64,000 nt of DNA. Source: Azolla caroliniana (taxonomy: Eukaryota > Plantae > Polypodiophyta). The translations under genes were made by a program, and so were the position numbers. Under the pieces are notes generated by a model. That model was not told where the DNA came from. It saw only the letters and a program-made list of their open reading frames with translations, and did not search any database. Position 1 is the first letter of the stretch; each line of letters opens with the position of its first letter. This document shows positions 1 to 10,667 of this stretch, piece by piece. Location: contig JBHGNT010000007.1 in the NCBI GenBank assembly GCA_043228905.1, forward strand, positions 8,804,001-8,868,000, read 5' to 3'.

Positions 1-209
1 TAGTAACGACATTTCTCGATTATTCATTCAAGGGGATAACATCAGATTTCACTTAAAACGAAACATACTTGATGCTCTCATTCATTAAACGAAGAACCAC
101 GAACCCAACACTAGGATATCATGTGTCATCTTGGATTTCCACAACTTATGGGTAATTGAGATTTTATTTTATTTTAGAGAAACATCCTCGAACTTTGTCA
201 AGTCCATAC

Positions 210-282
210 TCCATTGTAGTCTAGTTGGTTCGAATACTCTGCTTTCACCTGAGCGACCCGGGTTCAAGTATCGTCAATGGAA
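210..282 (+). pseudogene. tRNA-Glu(TTC), degenerate copy
   Basis: TCCATTG...CTTTCAC...GGTTCAAGT...CAATGGAA, but D, anticodon and T stems carry mismatches (ttcgaatac, ctctg, tatcgtc). Confidence 0.8.
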
Positions 283-862
283 ACATCAAGTCTTGTTCAA
301 CTTGGATCTTATACGAAGAAAGTCTCATAATTGACAAATACAAGACATAAAACCTTGTTGTGAGATGATCTGCATGTTGGGGGTTTCAATGGTGGCCTCT
401 AAATTCGAATATTGAATTTGAAAGTATAATACGTGTTAAAAACCTAAAGCGTATCATGTGACTTACATATTCAAATTTAGGTCTTACCATAAATATCTGA
501 TTAAATCTTGTGGGTTTGCGTTATTCACTGTATTCCCAAGCATTTAGGAATCTTTTTATTCGTCTTCTATAACATAAATCTTAACATATTAACCGATTGA
601 GCTCAAATTAACTCTTATCAAAAGTACGAGGTATATTGCTTAATTAATGCAACGACATTTCTTGATAATTCATTCAAGGGGATAAAATCACGTTTCACTT
701 AAAAGGAAACATATTTGATGCTCTACTTTAGTAAATGAAGAACCACGAGGGCAACACTAGGATATCATGTGTTATCTTGCGTTTCCGCAATTTATGGTTA
801 ATTAAGATTTTATTTTACTTTAGAGAAACATCCTTCGAATCTGTCTACTTCATACTCAATAC

Positions 863-935
863 TCCATTGTAGTCTACTTGGTTAGGATACTCGGCTTTCA
901 CCCGAGCGACCCGGGTTCAAGTCCCGGCAATGGAA
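863..935 (+). tRNA. tRNA-Glu(TTC), near-intact
   Basis: Cloverleaf with acceptor TCCATTG/CAATGGA, anticodon stem CTCGG/CCGAG, loop CTTTCAC and T arm CCGGG-TTCAAGT-CCCGG. One change from the array consensus (G15C). Confidence 0.85.
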
Positions 936-1530
936 ACATCAAGTCTTGTTCAACTTGGATCTTATACGAAGAAAGTCTCATAATTGACAAATAGAAAACA
1001 TAAAACCTTGTGGTCAGATGATCTGCATGTTGTGGGTTACAATGGAAGCCTCTAATTTCGAATATCGATATGTATCGAATCTAAAAGTAAGTATAATACG
1101 TGTTGAAAAACGTAAAGCGTATCATGTGACTTACATATTCAGATTTAGGTCTTACCATAAATATCTGATTAAATCTTGTGGGTTAGCGTTATTCACTGTA
1201 TTCCCAAGCATTTAGGAATCTTTTAATTCGCCTTCTATAACATAAATCTTAACATATTAGCCGATTGAACTCAATTTCACTCGTATCAAAAGTACGAGGT
1301 ATATTGCTTAATTAAAGTAACGACATTTCTTGATAATTCATTCAAGGGGATAAAATCACGTTTCACTTAAAAGGAAACATATTTGATGCTCTACTTTAGT
1401 AAATGAAGAACCACGAGGGCAACACTAGGATATCATGTGTTATCTTGCGTTTCCGCAATTTATGGTGAATTAAGATTTTATTTTACTTTAGAGAAACATC
1501 CTTCGAATCTGTCTACTCCATACTCAATAC

Positions 1531-1603
1531 TCCATTGTAGTCTAGTTGGTTAGGATACTCGGCTTTCACCCGAGCGACCCGGGTTCAAGTCCCGGCAATC
1601 GAA
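1531..1603 (+). tRNA. tRNA-Glu(TTC), near-intact
   Basis: Matches the array consensus except for one acceptor-stem mismatch (CAATCGA). Confidence 0.8.
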
Positions 1604-2198
1604 ACATCAAGTCTAGTTCAGGTGGCATCTTATACAAAAAAATCTAATAAATGACAAATACAAGACATAAAACCTTGTGGTAACATAATCTACATGCAGT
1701 GCGCTACAATGGTGGCCTCCAATTCCAATTGAATTTGAAAGTATAATCCAAGTGCGCTACAATGGTGGCCTCCAATTCCAATTGAATTTGAAAGTATAAT
1801 CCATGTTCAAAATTAGCTCTTACGATAAATACCTAATTAAATCTTGTGGGTTAGAGTTATTCACTGTATTCCCAAGCAGTTAGGAATCTTTTAATTCGCC
1901 TTCTATAACGTAAATCTTAACATATTAGCCGATTGTACTCAATTTCACTCTTATCAAAAGTACGAGGTATATTATTTTACTAAAGTAACGAAATTTCTTG
2001 ATAATTCATTCAAGGGGATAAAATCGCGTTTCACTTAAAAGGAAACATACTTGATGCTCTACTTTAGTAAATGAAGAACCACGAGGGCAACACTAGGATA
2101 TCATGTGTTATCTTGCGTTTCCGCAATTTATGGTTAATTAAGATTTTATTTTACTTTAGAGAAACATCCTTCGAATCTGTCTACTCCATACTCAATAA

Positions 2199-2271
2199 TC
2201 CATTGTAGTCTAGTTGGTTAGGATACTCGGCATTCACCCGAGCGACCCGGGTTCAAGTCCTGGCAATGGAA
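2199..2271 (+). pseudogene. tRNA-Glu(TTC) copy with U33A
   Basis: Anticodon loop is CATTCAC; otherwise near consensus. Confidence 0.75.
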
Positions 2272-2919
2272 ACATCAAGTCTACTTCAGGTGGCATGCTA
2301 TACGAAAAAATCTAATAAATGTTAAATACACGACATAAAACCTTGTGGTAACATAATCTACCTGTACTGCGCTACAATGGTGGCCTCCAATTCTAATTGA
2401 ATTTGAAAGTATAATACATGTTGCTAAACCTAAAGCTGGCCTCCAATTGCAATTGAATTTGAAACTATAATACGTGTTGCAAAACCTAAAGCGTATCATG
2501 TGACTTGTGTATTCAATATTAGGTCTTACCATAAATATGTGATTAAATCTTGTATGTTATAGTGGGTTAGAATTATTCAGTCTATTCCCAATCATTGAGG
2601 AATCTTTTAATTTAATGAAAAAATCGTGTTCTATAACATAAAGCTTAACATTTTAGCCGATTCAACTGAATTTCGCTCGTATCAAAAGTACGAGGTATAT
2701 TGTTTAATTATAGTAACGACATTTCTCGATTATTCATTCAAGGGGATAACATCAGATTTCACTTAAAACGAAACATACTTGATGCTCTCCTTCAGTAAAC
2801 GAAGAACCACGAACCCAACACTACGATATCATGTGTCATCTTGCATTTCCACAACTTATGGGTAATTCAGATTTTATTTTATTTTACAGAAACATCCTCG
2901 AACTTTGTCAAGTCCATAC

Positions 2920-2992
2920 TCCATTGTAGTCTAGTTGGTTCGGATACTCTGCTTGCACCTGAGCGACCCGGGTTCAAGTATCGTCAATGGAA
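2920..2992 (+). pseudogene. tRNA-Glu-derived copy with anticodon TGC
   Basis: Loop CTTGCAC; same degenerate stems as the copy at 210. Confidence 0.75.
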
Positions 2993-3572
2993 ACATCAAG
3001 TCTTGTTCAACTTGGATCTTATACGAAGAAAGTCTCATAATTGACAAATACAAGACATAAAACCTTGTTGTGAGATGATCTGCATGTTGGGGGTTTCAAT
3101 GGTGGCCTCTAAATTCGAATATTGAATTTGAAAGTATAATACGTGTTGAAAACCTAAAGCGTATCATGTGACTTACATATTCAAATTTAGGTCTTACCAT
3201 AAATATCTGATTAAATCTTGTGGGTTTGCGTTATTCACTGTATTCCCAAGCATTTAGGAATCTTTTAATTCGTCTTCTATAACATAAATCTTAACATATT
3301 AACCGATTGAGCTCAAATTAACTCTTATCAAAAGTACGAGGTATATTGCTTAATTAAAGTAACGACATTTCTTGATAATTCATTCAAGGGGATAAAATCA
3401 CGTTTCACTTAAAAGGAAACATATTTGATGCTCTACTTTAGTAAATGAAGAACCACGAGGGCAACACTAGGATATCATGTGTTATCTTGCGTTTCCGCAA
3501 TTTATGGTGAATTAAGATTTTATTTTACTTTAGAGAAACATCCTTCGAATCTGTCTACTCCATACTCAATAC

Positions 3573-3645
3573 TCCGTTGTAGTCTAGTTGGTTAGGATAC
3601 TCGGCTTTCACCCGAGCGACCCGGGTTCAAGTCCTGGCAATGGAA
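3573..3645 (+). tRNA. tRNA-Glu(TTC), fully foldable copy
   Basis: TCCGTTG...CAATGGAA; the two changes from consensus give G:U pairs only; A and B boxes intact. Confidence 0.85.
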
Positions 3646-4293
3646 ACATCAAGTCTAGTTCAGGTGGCATCTTATACGAAAAAATCTAATAAATGACAAA
3701 TACAAGACATAAAACCTTGTGGTAACATAATCTACATGTAGTGCGCTACAATGGTTGCCTCCAATTCCAATTGAATTTGAAAGTATAATACATGTTGCTA
3801 AACCTAAAGCTGGCCTCCAGTTGTAATTGAATTTGAAACTATAATACGTGTTGCAAAACCTAAAGCGTATCATGTGACTTGTGCATTCAAAATGAGTTCT
3901 TACCATAAATATGTGATTAAATCTTGTATGTTATAGTGGGTTAGAATTATTCAATCTATTCCCAATCATTGAGGAATCTTTTAATTTGATAAAAAAATCG
4001 TCTTGTTTAACATAAAGGTCAACATATTAGCCGATTGAACTCAATTTCACTCGTATCAAAAGTACAAAGTATATTGTTTATTTATAGTAACGACATTTCT
4101 CAATTATTCATTGAAGGGGATAAAATCACATTTCTATTAAAAGGAAACATACTTGATGCTCTACTTTAGTAAATGAAGAACCACAAGGCCAACAATACGA
4201 TATCATGTGTCATCCTGCATTTCCACAATTTATGGTTAATTGAGATTTTATTTTATTTTAGAGAAACATCCTTAAACTTTGTTAATTCCATAC

Positions 4294-4366
4294 TCCATTG
4301 TAGTCTAGTTGGTTAGGATACTCTACTTTCACCTGAGCGACCCGGGTTCAAGTCGCGGGAATGGAA
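4294..4366 (+). pseudogene. tRNA-Glu(TTC), degenerate copy
   Basis: Anticodon stem ctcta/ctgag and T/acceptor stem mismatches. Confidence 0.75.
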
Positions 4367-5822
4367 ACATCAAGTCTTGTTCAACTTTGATCTTATACGA
4401 AATTAGTATCATAATTGACAAATACAAGGCATAAATCCTTGTGGTGACATAATCTACCTGTAGTGGGTTACAATGGTTGCCTCAAATTCCAAATATCCAT
4501 ACATATCAAATTTAAAAGGATAATGCGTGTTGAAAAACCTAAAGTGCAGAAATATCTAATTAAATCTTGTATGTTATAGTGGGTTAGAATTATTCAGTCT
4601 ATTCCCAATCAGTGAGGAATCTTTTAATTTGATAAAAAAATTGTCTTGTATAACATAAAGCTTAACATATTAGCAGATGGAAGTCAATTTCACTCGTATC
4701 AAATATACGAGGTATATTGTTTAATAAAAGTAACGACATTTCTCAATTATTTATTCAAGCGGATAAAATCACATTTCACCTAAAAAGAAACAAACCTTGT
4801 TGGCAATGAATCAACATGGGTGGTCAATTCGGGTGCGTTGTTTCACCTAACCCCCGACCAGAAATGCTTCTCATCCTACAAGGTTGGAGATCTCAGATCT
4901 GTAAAGATGGAAAATGAAGGAGCATGCCGAATTGTCGGCATTGGAGATGTGTGTCTGATGACTTCGAGCGGGTGCAAACTAGTGTTGAGAGAGATGTTAG
5001 ACACATTCCGGAGGTTTGATTGAACCTGATATCAGCTGGTCGGCTGGATGATGAAGGCTACATGCGTAGCATCCAGAATGGTGTCATGAAGTTCTTCAAG
5101 GGGAGCCTGGTCGTGGCTCGGGCACGGAAAACCAACACATTGTATGTGATGCATTCTCGATTATGCTGTGGGGAAGCAAATGTGTGCCATATAAGCCAAA
5201 AGGGGATGTGGAAGCTTGTCGAGGACAACCTCATTCTAGAGGTGAAAGACGTGCATCTTGAGAAGTGCACCGATTGCTTGGCCAACAAGAAAAACTGAAT
5301 CTCTTTCTAGACAAGACCACCGTTGAGATGGAATGCACCGCTGGAATTTGTGCATACTGATGTATGCCAAGTGGATACGAAGTCATATGCTGGATCGCAG
5401 TACTTCGTGACTTTCATAGAAGACCACAATCGGAAACTGTGGGTCTCACCGTTGAAGACGAAGGAACAGATATTGTAGGGAATCCGGCTTGAATTTATTG
5501 TGCCGGAGACACCGGAGCTAAATGGATTGGCCAACAGGATGAACCGTATTGTAATTGAGAGAGTCCAGAGTATGCTAGCACATGCATACTTCGGACAACA
5601 ACCTATGTGATAAACAGATCACCCTCAACACCCTTGGAAGTAGACTCACCGCAAAAGGTATGGACAGGTAAAGACATGTCTTACCGGCATCTGAAGGTGT
5701 CTTACGGATCCGGTCGGAAGCCAGATAACACTCGAAGAATTAGCCAGAGTCAGACAAGAGACTGAACCGATCGAAGAAGAAGATCAGGACACTGGAACTA
5801 GACAAGACGCCGAATCAGATTC

Positions 5823-8800
5823 TGTAAAGAAAAGACAATGATTGCATGTAGTGGAAGGACTATGTGTGTTATGCAACAAAGAGAAAGGAGAGAGAGTTCT
5901 CAACCAAGAAGACTGTATATTATCATCCAACAGTAACAAAGTTACAAAAGGATGGTTTAAATACCAACTAAACTAGCTCAAGGGCCCTTTCTACTATTTA
6001 CAAGACTAGCCTGGTATGTCCATGAGATTAGTGTGAAACCTATTTCTATGGGATGTTGAGTTCGATTCTCAACACGCCCTTCGAACACAACTTCTGGATA
6101 TCGAAAAATTGTTTCGGATCGGTCTTCGGAACACTTCGCACTTCGATTGTTTGGCTTCAATCAATAGATCGGGACTGTGCTATTCACTATTTTGTACTCC
6201 CCCTCAAGCTCAGCTAGTCGAGAATAGATAGGCCAACGTTCGACGTGAATCGCCACAGCTTGTCGATACCTAGGGCTTTTGTGAAAATGTAGGTTACCTG
6301 TAGATTCATTCTGATGTGGTGTAAGGCTATATCTCCAGCTTGCACGTTGTCGTGAAGATTTTCGTCCACAAGCGGAAACCCGAGCAACGAGAGCCAAAGA
6401 GTGATGTGCAACGTTGCACATGTACATAATGTATTTGTAATAGTAATAAGGGTAAAGTGTATGGTGCTAGAAATGCCCCATAGGATCCCTAAGGCATAAA
6501 GGTGATGTGGTCTTGTGCGCACATCCACGCGCGAGAGAGAGAGAGAGAGGTACTATGCGGTACATAGGTACCTAGTTGTTTGTGTGGAGGTGGGAGTTAA
6601 GGGGCCATCAATCTCACCCTCCCCAAATCAAGGCAAATGTCCCCTTTGAATGAAAGGGGATATTTTAGTCTCACTTTTGTAAACGGTCTTCCCTCCTTGT
6701 GCTATAAAAGGAGAGGGAAGGCACCATTGTGGGGGTTGCCTATTTTGAGTGTGCGAGGTATACCACATAGGTCGAGCGTTAGGGTTAGGGTTAGGGTTTC
6801 TTTATCTTTATCTTCATCTTCGTCAGTTAGGGTTTCGAGTAGTCGTTTGGTGCGGCCTATGCGGCCACCATTTTGTAATCGTTCATTTCGTTTTAATATA
6901 TCTTGTTGATCATCTTGTCTCCATCTTCCTCTTGTTCATTCTTCTTCTTCTTGAGCAAAGCTTCCATTCCATGTCCGATTCCTTCTCCTCTACTCCTTAG
7001 TCCAAGACCCCCGCGGTCCCGCCCTTCGCCACGCACGCGCGTAGCAATGCGATAACGCGTTCGCAGATGAAGTGGTACTACACTTCGACATGCTTAGTCC
7101 GAAGTCTGCATGTGGAATACGGGGTTCCGTGCTAGGTAGATACTGCTCATGTTGTCGCAGTATAGACAAATCGGATCCTTGATGGGTATGCCCAGATCCT
7201 TAAGTATACACTTGAGCCATACGACTTCGCACACGGCGACTGCCGCGCCCTTGTATTCGGCCTCTGTGCTCAACAGTGCGACTGTCGGTTGCTTCTTGCT
7301 ACTCCATAAGATTTCTCTGCTACCGAGGGAGAAGATGAATTCTGATGTTGACCGTCTATCCACTTTATAACCTGCCCAATCCGCGTCTGTGTACTCTTCA
7401 AGTCGAATTATCGTATTTGACCTGTATCTGACATCGTAATCCATCGTACCACCGGTGTACCGAAGCAACCATCATTGTTGAATCGTACTTGCATTCCTTG
7501 ATAGACAATCTAGCCGACCGAGACTAGGTTTTTCGTGATAGTAGTAACATGCACTACGTTCTTGAGGTAGGTTTGTTTGTTGTCATTTCCGAATGGGACG
7601 TTCCCAATATGCTATATTGGATGAGTCATGTCATCACCTATCTCGACATATCCGGGACGTTTGGGTTTTCGTAATTCTCAAAACCAATCTTCATGAGACG
7701 TCATGTGGTTGGATGCTCCCGAGTCAACAAACCATACATTCTCAGAGGGTGTGCTGCTTATTTCACCTTGTGTCGCCATTAAGTGTGCTTTGTGCCTCAT
7801 CATGAACATTTTTCTACGATCGTCGTAGTTGGAATTCGATGCATAATTCGTGAGCATTCCGCTACGATCGTTGTAGTCAAAATTCGATGCGTAATTCATG
7901 AACTATCGGTTGGTTGAAGCCGACTCTTGCTTCTTCTTTCGGCACTCCTCTTCGTAGTGACCGAGTTTTCCACAGTATCCACATTTGATTGTGTTATTAC
8001 GGTTTCTTGGTCTGACATGATGATTCCCCCTTCTGCCAAACTCTCTTGGATTGTTCCTGTCCGCTTGCCATTAGTGGGAGTTACGCCCTTGGGTCTGCTG
8101 ACCGTGACGGCCTTGTCCCAATCGAGCTCTATTTCCACAGCCGAAATTTCTTCCATCATTCGATTGGGAGTAGAGCACCTAACCCTTTGGTGCGTTGCTT
8201 CTTTGTTGGGTGTGATTTTCCTCGACCAACAATATTGACTAGAGATCGAAAAAGGTGGGAGGATTCTCTCTTGCGAGGACGGCGAACCTTATTGTGCTGA
8301 ATTGAGGTGCCAAGCCCTTGAGGCATATTTGCACCATTTCTTCATCGTCAATGCCAACATTGATCGACCCAAGGGCATCACACAACTCCTTGATCTTCAA
8401 GGTGTAGTTGCCGATTGACACGTCCCTTTGTTGAATGTCATTCCACTACTAACGACGCTGGAGCTTGCAAGCAACCGTTTTGGCCGCAAAGATCTTCTCG
8501 AGATTCCCCACGCTTCTTTCGGCATTTTCGGCTCTCGAATATAGCCAAGCATGTGATCATGTACGCATTATGCAAGGCATATAACACATGGCTTGCGACC
8601 TGCTCCCATACTGGGTAGTCGACGTGTGGCGGGTTGGGTTGCGTTTCACGAGCTCCTTCAATATAGCTCCAATATCCTTATCCGACAAGGTACTGATACA
8701 TCTTGTACTCCCAAGATGTGAAGTTTTTCCTGTCGAGCTTCTCCGTAGGAAGAGCACTTCCCATATGAGTATTCATGGTGATTTCTTCTCTGTTTCCTTG

Positions 8801-9146
8801 GTCTATGCGAATGTTGTGAAGTGATTAGCCAGCTCTTCGTGAATGCGTTTTTTTGGTCTGGGCTTGGATCAAGCTACCACGCACTCTGATACCATGTAAA
8901 GAAATGAGAGTGATTGTATGTAGCAGAAAGATTGTGTGTGTTATGCAACAAAGAGAAAAGAGAGAGAGTTCTCAACCAAGAAGACTGTATATTATCATCC
9001 AACAGTAACAAAGTTACGAAAGGTTGGTTTAAATACCAACTAAACTAGGGCAAAGGCCCTTTCTACTATTTATAAGACTAGCCTGGTATGTCCATGAGCT
9101 TAGTGTGAAACCTATTTCTATGGGAACTTGACTTTGTTTTTTAACA
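5823..9146 (-). mobile_element. Internally deleted Ty1/copia LTR element with two LTRs and a TSD
   Basis: Homologous ~252-bp TG..CA LTRs at 5823-6074 and 8895-9146; 5-bp TSD GATTC (5818-5822, 9147-9151); Met-type PBS (CTCTGATACCA, 8884-8894); gag, WFVDSGASNHM and RNase H (DADWAG, SKKQPTVA, YCDN) remnants. Integrase and most of RT are missing. Confidence 0.93.
6348..7054 (+). mobile_element. Gypsy solo LTR inserted in the RNase H region of the copia element
   Basis: Starts TGTCGTGAAGATTTTCG like the LTR at 45628; splits ...HFxxER/VQAGDI; 4-bp TSD ACGT/ACGC; similar to 36585-37331. Confidence 0.85.
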
Positions 9147-9876
9147 GATTCGGATGAATAACAAACGGAGGAACTGGTAGCCGAGAACCAAGGAAGAAGA
9201 TATCCTCTTAGAGAGAGAAAAGCCCGCCGGAGATTTCCGGATGCAGAGCATGTGTTGCTGACCAATGAGGGGGAGCTAGAAAGTTTCGAAGAAGCAAATA
9301 AAGACACCCCCAACCACAAGTGGTTGAGTGCCATGTAGGATGAGATGGATTCCTTGCATGACATACATATGAGCTGACGGAGTTGCCGAAAGGAAAGAGG
9401 GCACTTTGGAACAAGTGGGTGTACAAGTTGAAACCGGGGAACTCCGGAGATCCACCAAGGTATAAGGCCCGCATTCTGATGAAGGGCTTCCAGCAGAAGA
9501 AAGGAGTGGATTTCGATGAGATCTTTTCCCCGGTAGTGAAGATGACATCCATTCGAATGGTGTTGAGCATAGTGGCAAGCATGGACATCGAGGTAGAGCA
9601 ACTAGACGTCAAGACGACATTCCTACATGGCGACCTCGAAGAAGGGATCTACATGCAACAACAGGAAGGATTCTTCAGAAAAGGGAAGGAGCACCTGGTA
9701 TGCCAGTTGAAGAAGAGCTTATACGGACTGAAGCAAGCTCCCTAGCAATGGTACAGGAAGTTCGACTCCTTCATGACCGACAATGGGTACCCAAAAATAT
9801 AGGCCGATCACTGCGTGTTTTTGAAGATGTTTGACGGAGGAGATTTTCTCATCCTCCTACTGTATGTGGACGACAG

Positions 9877-10030
9877 TGAATCGAGACTTAGATAGTAGAT
9901 TGAGCTTTAATGGAAAGCTTCTTATTACTTCGTTCTCTCTTAGATATACAATATTCTTCTTGTCATCACACATTACAATGTTAGGTATTCACTTATATAC
10001 TAAGCCCGAACTTATTACCGAGTTCACACT
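9877..10030 (-). mobile_element. Truncated LTR fragment of the minus-strand copia (same as 12926- and 33243-)
   Basis: Near identity to 12926-13080; fused directly to a tRNA array unit. Confidence 0.75.
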
Positions 10031-10163
10031 CTCCTTTAGTAAACAAACAACCACGAAGCCAACACTACGATATCATGTGTCATCTTGCGTTTCCGCAATT
10101 GATGGTTAATTGAGATTTTATTTTATTTTAGGGAAACATCCTTCAACTTTGTCAAGTCCATAC

Positions 10164-10236
10164 TTTTTTGTAGTCTAGTTGGTAAGGATACTCGGCTTTC
10201 ACCCAAGCCACCGGGGTTCAAGTCGCGGCAATGGAA
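10164..10236 (+). pseudogene. tRNA-Glu(TTC), degenerate copy in a single array unit (~10030-10667)
   Basis: 5' acceptor strand replaced by TTTTTTG; CTTTCAC loop and B box retained. Confidence 0.75.
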
Positions 10237-10667
10237 ACATCAAGTCTAGTTCAAGTTGCATCTTATACGAAAACAGTATCATAATTGACAAATACAAGAC
10301 ATAAAACCTTGTGGTGACATAATCTACATGTAGTGAGTTACAATGGTTGCCTCCAATTCCAAATATTCATACATATCAAATTGAAAAGGATAATGCGTGT
10401 TGAAAAACCTAAAGTGCATAAATATCTAATTAAATCTTGTATGTTATAGTGGGTTAGAATTATTCAGTCTATTCCCAATCAGTGAGGAATCTTTTAATTT
10501 GATAAAAAATTTGTCTTGGATAACATAAAGCTTAACATATTAGCAGATGGAAGTCAATTTCACTCGTATCAAATATACGAGGTATATTGTTTAATAAAAG
10601 TAACAACATTTCTCAATTATTTATTCAAGCGGATAAAATCACATTTCACTTAAAAGGAAACATACTT

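Larger units (their letters stand above)
1..4790 (+). repeat. Tandem array of ~650-720 bp tRNA-Glu-containing units (7 units; runs off the left edge)
   Basis: Near-identical AT-rich unit recurs, with tRNA starts at 210, 863, 1531, 2199, 2920, 3573 and 4294 (spacings 653, 668, 668, 721, 653, 721). Confidence 0.97.
4791..9876 (+). mobile_element. Ty1/copia pol fragment, copy 1 (protease-like region, integrase, RT), split by a nested element at 5823-9146
   Basis: WVVNSGALFH, C-x2-C, VHTDVC and YFVTFIED integrase motifs; RT motifs [37 protein letters not shown] and YVDD. Many stops. Confidence 0.9.

Noticed and set aside
210-282. Plastid trnE insertion (NUPT)
   Set aside because: The sequence is cytosolic type (TCCATTG/CAATGGA acceptor) and no organellar flanking genes are present.
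283-560. C/D-box snoRNA in the tRNA trailer
   Set aside because: Only weak GATGA/CTGA matches, not conserved across unit variants.
1-4790. CRISPR-like repeat-spacer array or 5S rDNA array
   Set aside because: Spacers are homologous rather than unique, units are ~650 bp, there are no cas genes, and the conserved core is a tRNA cloverleaf, not 5S rRNA.
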